Positions 48,632 through 57,566 of a DNA stretch of 64,000 nt are shown here, piece by piece. The DNA is from Obrimoposthia wandeli (Eukaryota). Positions within the stretch are counted from its first letter, which is position 1. The number at the start of each line of letters is the position of its first letter. The stretch spans positions 1 through 64,000 of the forward strand of contig CDROCS010005394.1 of assembly GCA_977020255.1 (NCBI GenBank), given 5' to 3'. The notes under the pieces are model-generated. The model was not told the origin of the DNA. It did not search any database and saw nothing but the letters and a program-made list of their open reading frames with translations. The translations under genes were made by a program, and so were the position numbers.

Positions 48632-49690
48632 TTAAAACAGATTTAAACCAAAGGCACTTTTTACCTGACGTAATACCTCATTAGACTCATCTTGAGAGCG
48701 TTCTGTTCCTGCTTTCAAGATCGCAATTAGCTGTGAGCGATCTGCGATGAACTCTTCTCGGCGCTGACGAATTGGCTTTAGCAGATCTTGTAAACATTCT
48801 TCTAAGATCTTCTTCACGGTGCCATCACCTAAACCACCAGCGGAATATTGCGCCTTTAAATTAGCCACATAGTCTTGATCTTGATGGAAGGCATCTAAAT
48901 ACGTAAATACCACATTGCCTTCGATTTTCCCTGGATCACACACACGTAAATGATTCGGATCTGTATACATGGCTTTCACCGCTTTGCTGATCTCTTTTTC
49001 ACTTGAACTTAGCATGATGGTATTGCCCATCGATTTAGACATTTTACTTTTACCGTCGACACTCGGTAAACGTGAAACCTTACTTAATAATGGCTTACAT
49101 TCAACTAAAATGCTTTGCTTGGCTATATGGTTTAATCTTCTGACGATCTCATTGGTCTGTTCCAACATGGGTAACTGATCTTCACCTACAGGTACTAATG
49201 TAGCTTTAAATGCAGTAATGTCTGCTGCTTGACTAATTGGATATGTTAAGAAACCAGCAGGAATAGAGCGGCCAAATGATTTACTTTTGATCTCGTTTTT
49301 AACCGTGGGATTACGTTCTAAACGGGCAATAGACACTAAGTTTGAATAATACATCGTTAGCTCTGCGAGTGCAGGGATCCCTGATTGTAAACAGATCGTG
49401 GTTTTTAATGGATCGATGCCTGCGGCAAGATAGTCCGCGACAACATTGAGAATATTTGATGATACTTTTTGCGGATTATGGCCGTTATCAGTAAGCCCCT
49501 GCATGTCAGCGACTAAGATCGTTTGCTGATACTGATGCTGTAGCTTAACGCGTTGTTGTAAGGAACCGACATAATGACCGAGGTGCAAAGAGCCAGTAGC
49601 GCGATCGCCAGTGAGAATTTTTTCTTTAATATCGGTATTTAGGGCTAAATGAGATGCTTGGTTTAAAGCTATTGATTGATTGTTTTTCAT
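48632..49690 (-). CDS. trpS: Tryptophan-tRNA ligase, non-canonical (TGDRxTG, TrpRS II-like) type
   Basis: TGDRATGSLHLGH (HIGH), YPISQAADI, VPVGEDQ and KMSKS. Confidence 0.92.
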   Translation of the reverse strand: MKNNQSIALNQASHLALNTDIKEKILTGDRATGSLHLGHYVGSLQQRVKLQHQYQQTILVADMQGLTDNGHNPQKVSSNILNVVADYLAAGIDPLKTTICLQSGIPALAELTMYYSNLVSIARLERNPTVKNEIKSKSFGRSIPAGFLTYPISQAADITAFKATLVPVGEDQLPMLEQTNEIVRRLNHIAKQSILVECKPLLSKVSRLPSVDGKSKMSKSMGNTIMLSSSEKEISKAVKAMYTDPNHLRVCDPGKIEGNVVFTYLDAFHQDQDYVANLKAQYSAGGLGDGTVKKILEECLQDLLKPIRQRREEFIADRSQLIAILKAGTERSQDESNEVLRQVKSAFGLNLF

Positions 49691-49785
49691 TGTATATATC
49701 CAAAATAAATTACCGGAGACATACTTACGTTTTATTCATCAGCTGCCATCCGGCGATCTGTGAACAAAAGTATTCAACACCGCTC

Positions 49786-49845
49786 TTATAGAAGAGAGTG
49801 CCACCAAGATGTTGTGATAAGCGTAAAAATAAGGTTTAATTTCAT
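49786..49845 (-). CDS. Trp-Trp leader peptide MKLNLIFTLITTSWWHSLL
   Basis: ATG 49845 to TAA 49786 with tandem TGG TGG (49806-49801), 95 nt upstream of trpS. Checked codon by codon. Confidence 0.8.
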   Translation of the reverse strand: MKLNLIFTLITTSWWHSLL

Positions 49846-49851
49846 CTATTC

Positions 49852-49880
49852 AAAGTATCAGCCTGTTAAAATTATCGCAA
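49852..49880 (-). promoter_or_regulatory. Sigma70 promoter for the leader and trpS
   Basis: TTGCGA-17 nt-TACTTT with extended TGn. Predicted +1 coincides with the A of the leader ATG. Confidence 0.55.
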
Positions 49881-49930
49881 GCGGTATTTAGGCCGACTTT
49901 CAGCATTAACTTAAAAATGGATTTACTTGC

Positions 49931-50884
49931 ATGGAAACTATTGTCTTTCTCGACCGCGCTACAATCCCTGAACATATAACCATCCCTCAACCGAATGTTG
50001 ATTGTCAGTGGCAAGAATATGCGACAACGACAAGTGAGCAAGTAATTGAACGCCTGCAAAATGCAACTATTGTCATTACCAATAAAGTCATTTTAGATGC
50101 GCAGATATTAAGTCAGTGCCCACAATTGAAAATGATTGCGGTGGCAGCAACAGGCACCAATAATATCGATTTGGCGTATTGCCATCAGCACAATATTACC
50201 GTCAGTAATATCCAAGGTTATGCGACTAACTCAGTACCTGAACATGTGGTGGCGATGATGTTTGCGCTAAAACGCAATCTAGTCGGTTACCATCAAGATA
50301 TTCAAGCGGGTGTGTGGCAGCAGCAAAAACAGTTCTGTTTCTTTAGCCACCCTATTACTGATATTGCAGGTTCGACACTGGGTGTGATTGGTAAAGGCAG
50401 TCTCGGTAATGCCGTAGCAGTATTAGCCAAAGCATTGGGTATGATAGTACTGTTTGCTGAGCGTAAAGATACAGACAAATGTCGTGAAGGTTACAGCCCC
50501 TTTGAATCAGTATTACAACAAGCGGATGTGCTGACATTACATTGCCCACTGGCAGAACAGACCCGAAACATCATCGGTCGTGAAGAATTTAAGCGAATGA
50601 AAAACAGTAGTATTTTGATTAATGCAGGACGTGGTGGTTTGGTTGATGAAGTCGCACTAGTAGAAGCATTACAGACTCAACAAATTGCTGGTGCGGGTGT
50701 TGATGTGTTTACTCAAGAACCTGCCGATAACAGTAACCCGTTAATTGCCAATGCCCACTTACCAAATCTGATCTTAACCCCACATGTGGCCTGGGGTTCC
50801 GATTCAGCCATTCAGACTTTGGCCAATCAGTTGATTAATAATATTGAACAATTTATCGCTGGAAAGCCACAAAACCAAGTTTGA
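49931..50884 (+). CDS. D-2-hydroxyacid dehydrogenase (glycerate/hydroxypyruvate reductase-like)
   Basis: ATGTNNID, GVIGKGSLG, LHCPL, INAGRG and LTPHVAW motifs. Confidence 0.9.
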   Translation: METIVFLDRATIPEHITIPQPNVDCQWQEYATTTSEQVIERLQNATIVITNKVILDAQILSQCPQLKMIAVAATGTNNIDLAYCHQHNITVSNIQGYATNSVPEHVVAMMFALKRNLVGYHQDIQAGVWQQQKQFCFFSHPITDIAGSTLGVIGKGSLGNAVAVLAKALGMIVLFAERKDTDKCREGYSPFESVLQQADVLTLHCPLAEQTRNIIGREEFKRMKNSSILINAGRGGLVDEVALVEALQTQQIAGAGVDVFTQEPADNSNPLIANAHLPNLILTPHVAWGSDSAIQTLANQLINNIEQFIAGKPQNQV

Positions 50885-50891
50885 TTACAGC

Positions 50892-50933
50892 GCTTATGAT
50901 TAGCTTAGATTCGGGTTCAAGCTAATCATAAGC
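50892..50933. terminator. Perfect 15-bp inverted repeat between convergent genes
   Basis: GCTTATGATTAGCTT-N12-AAGCTAATCATAAGC. Confidence 0.65.
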
Positions 50934-50934
50934 A

Positions 50935-51834
50935 TCATAACCAATAACGGCAATCTTGGGCTTTTAAAAAATCTTCAGCGAACTCGCCTTGTAATAGCGC
51001 CATGGTGGCTAACATACCCGCTTGCACACAATTTTGCGCGTAGACAGTAACCTGAGCCGGCCCACCTGCAATGGGATAACCAGTTTTAGGATTTAGAATA
51101 TGGCTATAACGCTGACCGTCAATATCAATAAAACGTTGACTGTCACCGCTACTCGCGAGTCCGCCTTGGGTTAAACTAACCATCAGCTTACTTTTTCCAA
51201 GATGCTGTGGGTCTTCAATTGCAACCTGCCAAGCATTGCCGTTACGGCGTAATTTATTGGCGTAAATATCACCACCAAAATTAACCAAAAATGCACTATC
51301 GATTTGTTGCAATCGCATTTCACTTTCTAATAGCTGCGCGACTTTATCGACCGCGTACTCTTTACCAATACCGCCAAGGTCAATTTGCATACCTATTGGT
51401 AAACTTAATAACGGCGCTTGCCATTTCACTTTTTGCCAACCGATATTGGGTAATAAGGCGTTAATGTCAGCATCACTCGGCAGCTGTGTTTGTTGCTTAA
51501 AATGCCAGAGCTTACCTAATACCCCAGAGCTGATATCAAACAAACCATCACTGAGTTGGAAACATAAATCGGCTAAATTAATCAATGTCACTGTTTCGTC
51601 ATCGAGTGTTATCCCCCTCCCCTTAGCATGATTAAGGCGGGCAATAATATTGTCATCACGAAAACGACTGAACTTTAATTCAATGCGTTTTGCTTCTGCA
51701 TATGCCAGTGCAGTAAGGCTATCCGCCTGGGCTTCAGTGGCGTTATCTAATAAGATCTGACAAGGGCTGGCCATGACGAAAAATTCGCCTAACCAGTAAT
51801 CCGCTTGTCGCTTTAAGCTATAAGCTTTGCTCAA
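50935..51834 (-). CDS. apbE: FAD:protein FMN transferase
   Basis: FDISSG, IDLGGIGKEYAVD, NFGGD, ASSGD and YSHILNPKTG. Confidence 0.9.
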   Translation of the reverse strand: MSKAYSLKRQADYWLGEFFVMASPCQILLDNATEAQADSLTALAYAEAKRIELKFSRFRDDNIIARLNHAKGRGITLDDETVTLINLADLCFQLSDGLFDISSGVLGKLWHFKQQTQLPSDADINALLPNIGWQKVKWQAPLLSLPIGMQIDLGGIGKEYAVDKVAQLLESEMRLQQIDSAFLVNFGGDIYANKLRRNGNAWQVAIEDPQHLGKSKLMVSLTQGGLASSGDSQRFIDIDGQRYSHILNPKTGYPIAGGPAQVTVYAQNCVQAGMLATMALLQGEFAEDFLKAQDCRYWL

Positions 51835-51905
51835 ACTATATTCCTATTCCTATTCATATCGACATTAAAACCGTATCAGTGACGAGAGCCGAATTAGAAA
51901 CGAGA

Positions 51906-53174
51906 TTAAAATCGATAGAAACTCTGCAACATAACCGCACTTTTGTCTGGATACAGATCAACACCTGACATACCTGCGCCTTTCGCCAATGATTCATCAC
52001 CCGATACCTGAGTCAGGTAATATTCAAGTCGTACACTGAATTCATTACCGGCAATCGGAAAGCCATATTTAAGCCCTATGGTATAAGTTTGTAATTCACC
52101 CAAGCGATAATCAGCCGTCATGTACTCTGGTATTGGCTGGCCTTCATCAAGATAAACCTGATAGAAATCTACGGCTTGCTGATTATAATAACGGATATGC
52201 GGTTCGATAAAGTGGCTGTTCGCCAACGGCATGCGCCATTTGCTATCTATGGTGTGTGAAGCCATGCCCCAGTCATCCCAAAAATAGCGATAACTGACAT
52301 CGAATACTTGCCCAGATGGTTGCAGGTTATATTTAGTGCGCCAAAATAGGCTTTGTTTAGTACGCTGATCTGGACGGCTTTCATACACATAATCATTTGC
52401 CCAACCATCGCTATCAACCACAGACACTATTTTAAACGGGTCGGTTTGATAACCACTGACATCACTAATCGAATAGTTCAATTGCATTAGCGTTTGGCGG
52501 TTAATCACTTGGGTTAACCCCAACAACAAATCAAGCGTTTGCTTCGTTTCACTGTCTTCTAAACGATTATCTGCAGCATCGACAGACACTCCAGGGTTAG
52601 GTATGCCACCTTCCGGCTCAATCGTATCGTAGGCATAGGAAAAACCGACCGATGCAGTTGTATTACGATTATTAAAATCGCGCGCCAGTGCGCTGTTGAT
52701 CGATAACGCAAGGTAATCGTATTCTTTAGACACGTTTGCGCCACCAGAATAGAGCCACAGGCGATTGAGTTGTTGTTGATATTGGGTACTAAGGGCAACG
52801 CGGGTATCTTTAAACGTATCATCAAGGGGAGTTTCACCTGCAGCCGTGGTGTAAGCACCATTACCTGAAGGACGGGTGAAAGTTTGCGCTCTGTTTTGAG
52901 CAACCGCGCCGTTAGGTGAAGCACCAGTCAACACATCAATTACACCTTTAACATTGATACTGCGCTCGTCATCGATTTGCTTAGTAACAGAAAGAGCACC
53001 TTCATAAGCTTGCACTTGGTCATCACTTTCAGCATAGATAAGTAACCCCAGGTCGACATCCCAGCTATCTAATTCAGGCGTCTCAGCCATGGCTGGAGCT
53101 GCAAGTACACATGTCGCGGCAGCCAAGGTCAGCGAAATGTTAGCAAAAGTTTTGCTTGTGCTTTTTAGTTGCAT
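51906..53174 (-). CDS. DUF3570-like outer-membrane beta-barrel protein
   Basis: Signal peptide, DVLTGASPNG, SKEYDY, YRYFWDDWG, TADYRLG, terminal Phe. Context with DUF4266, TlpA and ApbE. Confidence 0.75.
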   Translation of the reverse strand: MQLKSTSKTFANISLTLAAATCVLAAPAMAETPELDSWDVDLGLLIYAESDDQVQAYEGALSVTKQIDDERSINVKGVIDVLTGASPNGAVAQNRAQTFTRPSGNGAYTTAAGETPLDDTFKDTRVALSTQYQQQLNRLWLYSGGANVSKEYDYLALSINSALARDFNNRNTTASVGFSYAYDTIEPEGGIPNPGVSVDAADNRLEDSETKQTLDLLLGLTQVINRQTLMQLNYSISDVSGYQTDPFKIVSVVDSDGWANDYVYESRPDQRTKQSLFWRTKYNLQPSGQVFDVSYRYFWDDWGMASHTIDSKWRMPLANSHFIEPHIRYYNQQAVDFYQVYLDEGQPIPEYMTADYRLGELQTYTIGLKYGFPIAGNEFSVRLEYYLTQVSGDESLAKGAGMSGVDLYPDKSAVMLQSFYRF

Positions 53175-53377
53175 CCGCAACCTCCACCAGCAAAGCTGCC
53201 ACCGCCACTTGAGCCTTCTTTACTAAAATAGGTATGGTCGTCAAATCCCATTTCCATTGGATTCTCAGCAAGCTGCATTTCCGGTTTAGCCAGCAAGTCA
53301 CGTTCCCAAGGTTTTACCCCCAGTGACGAACAAGCAGTTAAACTCAATATACAGGCTAATAATAAAATCCGTCTCAT
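53165..53377 (-). CDS. DUF4266-like lipoprotein
   Basis: Lipobox LTAC; VKPWER...SKEG...GGGCGCN. Confidence 0.8.
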   Translation of the reverse strand: MRRILLLACILSLTACSSLGVKPWERDLLAKPEMQLAENPMEMGFDDHTYFSKEGSSGGGSFAGGGCGCN

Positions 53378-53507
53378 AGCCGCTCCAAACATTAAATAAA
53401 CAATTACTTATAAAAAATTACTTATATAAGTGCTTTCTATAAGTTATGACTACTCATTTACTTCTATCAATTCACTCCTATCAATGGTGTTTTAACGATT
53501 CTCATCA

Positions 53508-54038
53508 TTACGGTAATAACGATAAGATCTCAGCTTCGTATTTATCTAATTCAGCTAATCTAAAACCAACATGTTTATAAACAATCTCGCCTTGTTTATT
53601 AAGTATAAACGAATTTGGCAAACCCATTATTTCGTATTGTTCAGCCACTACACCTTGTGGATCAAAAGCAATAGTCAATTTATTCGGGTAACGAGTTAAG
53701 AACTTCTTCGCGAGAATGGCTTCTTGATCCATATTAATGGCAATAATTTCAAAGCCTTGTTCGCCATATTTCGCCACCATTTCATCCATCCACGGGAATG
53801 AACGAATACAAGGTGTACACCAAGAAGCCCAAAAATCGACCAACACCACTTTACCGCGATAATCAGCAAGGTTTATTTGGCTATTATTAACACCGGGTAA
53901 TGAAAAATCAGGGGCAAGTTTGGCACTATTCTCAGCAAATACTGCGGTTGAAAAAACAACACTGATAATAATAGAAGTAGAAATAAAAAAGTCGCGAAGA
54001 CGATGACAGATAGATTGATTCATAAACTGAATTCTCAA
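53508..54038 (-). CDS. TlpA-like exported thioredoxin
   Basis: APDFSL, VDFWASWCTPC and GLPNSF motifs; signal peptide. Confidence 0.88.
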   Translation of the reverse strand: MRIQFMNQSICHRLRDFFISTSIIISVVFSTAVFAENSAKLAPDFSLPGVNNSQINLADYRGKVVLVDFWASWCTPCIRSFPWMDEMVAKYGEQGFEIIAINMDQEAILAKKFLTRYPNKLTIAFDPQGVVAEQYEIMGLPNSFILNKQGEIVYKHVGFRLAELDKYEAEILSLLP

Positions 54039-54122
54039 ATAGGCTGAATAGATGTCTGGCTATGATAATGAAGTTAGCAGAAGAATAGTGAAAAAAATGT
54101 CGATTATGTGAAAAACAGATAT

Positions 54123-54167
54123 AAAAAAACGCTAACCAGTTACTATAAATAGTAATCAATTAGCGTT
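54123..54167 (-). terminator. Intrinsic terminator downstream of the tRNA
   Basis: AACGCTAA...TTAGCGTT long hairpin followed by a T-run on the minus strand. Confidence 0.7.
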
Positions 54168-54179
54168 CTCTTGAATGGA

Positions 54180-54270
54180 TGGCGGAGGAGGAGAGATTTG
54201 AACTCTCGAGGAGCTATTAACCCCTGCTGGTTTTCAAGACCAGTGCATTCGGCCACTCTGCCACCCCTCC
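54180..54270 (-). tRNA. tRNA-Ser (anticodon TGA)
   Basis: GGAGGGG/CTCCTCC acceptor stem, CTGGT-CTTGAAA-ACCAG anticodon arm, long variable arm, GTTCAAAT T-loop, encoded CCA; 91 nt. Confidence 0.96.
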
Positions 54271-54285
54271 GCAGCAATGGAGCGA

Positions 54286-54314
54286 ATATTAGAGCAACCA
54301 CCTGAAGTTGTAAA
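54286..54314 (-). promoter_or_regulatory. Sigma70 promoter of the tRNA
   Basis: TTTACA-17 nt-TAATAT followed by a GC-rich discriminator. Confidence 0.6.
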
Positions 54315-54450
54315 GCTTTATTCATCATGAGCTCTGCGCTGTTCAGTTTGCGTTTGAATATCGTTCAAAAATAAACTTACAAGTGTAATAGTGCCATTTA
54401 TTGATCGAGAATAGTTCCCTTATCAATCCCCTATTTTGGCGTAATAATTA

Positions 54451-54464
54451 TTGATCAAAATCAA
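54451..54464. promoter_or_regulatory. FNR box
   Basis: TTGAT-CAAA-ATCAA, a perfect consensus upstream of nrdD. Confidence 0.8.
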
Positions 54465-54492
54465 TGAATCAAAAACAAACTTCAAGCCTAAT

Positions 54493-54539
54493 ACACTACA
54501 TATTGTGCCGTTGATTAAAACAACACCTATATATAGTAT
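54493..54539. promoter_or_regulatory. Tandem NrdR boxes
   Basis: ACACTACATATTGTGC (54493) and CACCTATATATAGTAT (54524), 31 bp apart. Confidence 0.8.
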
Positions 54540-54577
54540 TGCATGATAATGTCAATTTAAAACTGAAGGAGTATTTT

Positions 54578-56713
54578 GTGGATCTATTTGTCATCAAACG
54601 AGATGGTTGTCGTGTGCCGTTCAACATTCAATGCATACAAGACGCTATTTACGCTGCAGCTAAGTCAGTGCAACAAGAAAACCGTGATTATGCGGTCAAT
54701 ATGGCAAATAAAGTACATCAAATACTGATTCAACAAGATGTCTCTAGCGAACACGCCATTGAGATCCATACCATCCAAAACACCGTTGAAGATGTGTTAA
54801 TGCAAGAAAGCAACAAGCTCATTGCCCGCGCTTACATCGAATACCGTCATCAACGTGATATTGCTCGTGAAACACAAAGTATTCTGACTAACGAGATCAA
54901 AGGCCTTATTGAGCAAAGCAACGAATCACTGTTGAATGAAAATGCCAATAAAGACAGTAAAGTGATCCCGACTCAACGCGATTTACTCGCCGGTATTGTC
55001 GCGAAGCATTATGCCAAGCAACACATCTTGCCACGCGATATTGTCCATGCACATGAAGCGGGTGACATACATTATCACGACCTTGATTATGCACCTTTCT
55101 TCCCAATGTTTAACTGTATGCTGATCGACCTTGATGGCATGTTAACCCATGGTTTTAAAATGGGTAATGCTGAAATTGAAACGCCAAAATCAATCACCAC
55201 AGCAACTGCCGTAACCGCACAAATCATTGCACAAGTAGCTAGCCATATTTATGGTGGCACCACGATCAATCGCATTGACGAGATCTTAGCGCCTTACGTA
55301 ACAGCAAGCTTTGATAAAAATACCCAACTAGCCGAAGAATGGTCGATACCAAATAAAGCGGAGTTTGCACGTTCACGCACTGAAAAAGAATGTTTCGATG
55401 CATTCCAATCATTGGAATATGAAGTTAACACCTTGCACACAGCAAATGGCCAAACACCGTTTGTAACTTTCGGTTTTGGTTTAGGCACAAACTGGGAAGC
55501 ACGTTTAATTCAGCAATCTATTCTCAAGAATCGTATTGCTGGTTTAGGCAGAAACCATAAAACCGCAGTTTTTCCAAAACTGGTGTTTGCAATCAAAGAT
55601 GGCCTAAACCATAAGCCAGAAGATCCAAGCTACGATATTAAACAGCTAGCACTAGAATGCTCAACAAAACGCATGTACCCAGATATTTTAAACTATGAGC
55701 AAGTAGTTAAAGTAACGGGTTCGTTTAAAACGCCTATGGGTTGCCGTAGTTTCTTAGGCACCTATGAAGAGCAAGGTGAACTAATTCATGAAGGCCGTAA
55801 TAACTTAGGTGTTGTGAGCCTTAATTTACCGCGTATTGCTATTCAAGCAAAAGGCGATGAATCACGCTTCTATCAATTATTAGATGAACGTTTAATCCTG
55901 TGTAAACGTGCTCTAGAAACCCGTATTTCTCGTCTTAAAGGCGTTAAAGCCCGTGTTGCCCCTATCCTTTATATGGAAGGTGCTTGCGGTGTTAGACTCA
56001 ATGCTGATGATGACGTATTAGATATTTTTAAGCATGGTCGCGCCTCTATTTCTTTAGGTTACATTGGTTTGCACGAAGCGATTAATGCACTGTTTGGTAA
56101 TGCTACCCATCCCTACGATAGTGAAGTATTACAACAAAAAGCCATTGCTATGCTTAGCCACATGAAAGCCAGCACTGAACAATGGACTGCAGAAAGCGGT
56201 TATGCTTATAGCTTATACGCCACACCAAGTGAAAACTTATGCAGCCGTTTTGCTAAATTAGATAAGATCACCTTTGGTGATATCAAAGACGTGACAGATA
56301 AAGGCTATTACACCAACAGCTTCCATCTTGATGTTGAGAAACAAGTCAATCCGTACGACAAAATCGATTTTGAAATGCCTTACCCGGCAGTCAGTAACGG
56401 TGGTTTTATCTGTTATGGCGAATATCCGAATATGCAGCACAACATTGAAGCATTAGAAGATGTGTGGGACTACAGCTATACGCGTGTTCCTTATTATGGC
56501 ACCAACACACCGATTGATGAGTGTTATGAATGTGGCTATACGGGTGAGTTTAGCTGTACCAGTAAAGGTTTTACCTGCCCTAAGTGCGACAATCACGATA
56601 TTGCCAAGGTATCTGTGACCCGTCGAGTCTGTGGTTATCTGGGCAGTCCCGATGCTCGGCCCTTTAATGCTGGTAAACAAGAAGAAGTAAAACGCCGCGT
56701 TAAACACTTATAA
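54578..56713 (+). CDS. nrdD: Anaerobic class III ribonucleotide reductase
   Basis: ATP cone VIKRDG, MGCRSFL, zinc CxxC/CxxC and RRVCGYL glycyl-radical motif. GTG start after AGGAG. Confidence 0.95.
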   Translation: MDLFVIKRDGCRVPFNIQCIQDAIYAAAKSVQQENRDYAVNMANKVHQILIQQDVSSEHAIEIHTIQNTVEDVLMQESNKLIARAYIEYRHQRDIARETQSILTNEIKGLIEQSNESLLNENANKDSKVIPTQRDLLAGIVAKHYAKQHILPRDIVHAHEAGDIHYHDLDYAPFFPMFNCMLIDLDGMLTHGFKMGNAEIETPKSITTATAVTAQIIAQVASHIYGGTTINRIDEILAPYVTASFDKNTQLAEEWSIPNKAEFARSRTEKECFDAFQSLEYEVNTLHTANGQTPFVTFGFGLGTNWEARLIQQSILKNRIAGLGRNHKTAVFPKLVFAIKDGLNHKPEDPSYDIKQLALECSTKRMYPDILNYEQVVKVTGSFKTPMGCRSFLGTYEEQGELIHEGRNNLGVVSLNLPRIAIQAKGDESRFYQLLDERLILCKRALETRISRLKGVKARVAPILYMEGACGVRLNADDDVLDIFKHGRASISLGYIGLHEAINALFGNATHPYDSEVLQQKAIAMLSHMKASTEQWTAESGYAYSLYATPSENLCSRFAKLDKITFGDIKDVTDKGYYTNSFHLDVEKQVNPYDKIDFEMPYPAVSNGGFICYGEYPNMQHNIEALEDVWDYSYTRVPYYGTNTPIDECYECGYTGEFSCTSKGFTCPKCDNHDIAKVSVTRRVCGYLGSPDARPFNAGKQEEVKRRVKHL

Positions 56714-56768
56714 TATTTTTATAATATGTAAACAATGACCACTCATCCGACCTCAGTTTAATTAACTG

Positions 56769-56793
56769 GCTAGCCAATGCCTCATTGGCTAGC
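56769..56793. other. Perfect 11-bp hairpin between nrdD and nrdG
   Basis: GCTAGCCAATG-CCT-CATTGGCTAGC. Confidence 0.7.
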
Positions 56794-56807
56794 GTTTAAG
56801 AGCAACT

Positions 56808-57326
56808 ATGCATTATTCTCAATATTACCCTCTTGATGTGATCAATGGCACAGGTACACGCGTAACTTTGTTTGTCAGCGGTTGCGAGCATCAATGCAAG
56901 GGCTGCTACAACCAATCAACTTGGTCTCCCTCTAATGGTTCACTCTTTAACCAAGCAATGGAAGACAAGGTAATACATGATTTAAATGATCCCCGTATCC
57001 GACGTCGAGGCTTAAGCTTAAGCGGCGGTGATCCGCTTTACCCTGCAAACCTAGAGTCCATATTGAAACTGGTAAAAAGAGTTAAAAAAGAATGTGTTGG
57101 TAAAGATATATGGTTGTGGAGTGGTTATACGATAGAACAATTAACACCGCAACAAAAAACAGTCGTGCAATACATCGATTATCTCATCGATGGGAAGTTT
57201 GAACAGTCGCAAGTTGATCCGGCTTTAAAATTTAGAGGTAGTGGTAATCAACGTATCATCACCATTAGCAAAAATGATGACGTTGCAGGGTTTAAATATA
57301 CATTCTCAAAAATAGACAGTGATTAA
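56808..57326 (+). CDS. nrdG: Class III RNR activating enzyme (radical SAM)
   Basis: GCEHQCKGC, LSGGDP, IWLWSG and FRGSGNQ motifs. Confidence 0.94.
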   Translation: MHYSQYYPLDVINGTGTRVTLFVSGCEHQCKGCYNQSTWSPSNGSLFNQAMEDKVIHDLNDPRIRRRGLSLSGGDPLYPANLESILKLVKRVKKECVGKDIWLWSGYTIEQLTPQQKTVVQYIDYLIDGKFEQSQVDPALKFRGSGNQRIITISKNDDVAGFKYTFSKIDSD

Positions 57327-57550
57327 TCATGATGAAATGAATGCTGATACCGCTATCATGAGCAAAAATTGAATTTAAAAATTATAAATTGTAAAAAAGC
57401 TAAATTCAGAATTTAATACTTTAGGGATACTATCTAATGATGGAATAAATATTCTAATATTAAAGTCTTATAACGCACGATTAGTACTTAATTACATATG
57501 CTGAAGCACTAAAGTAACCTTCCCATATGAGTCATTAAAAATTTATTTTT

Positions 57551-57566
57551 TTTGACTTTGATCACA
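57551..57566. promoter_or_regulatory. CRP-like site
   Basis: TTTGA-N6-TCACA, 9 of 10 match to TGTGA-N6-TCACA. Confidence 0.4.

Noticed and set aside
49850-50059. 69-aa minus-strand ORF upstream of trpS
   Set aside because: It overlaps the dehydrogenase in antisense and the promoter, and has no motif. The WW uORF explains the region better.
53165-53185. Selenoprotein form of DUF4266
   Set aside because: Both residues of CGC are TGC Cys codons and the ORF ends in TAA.
54180-54270. tRNA-Ser as an integration site for an island
   Set aside because: No integrase and no duplicated tRNA 3' end were seen in the window, and the native terminator is intact.
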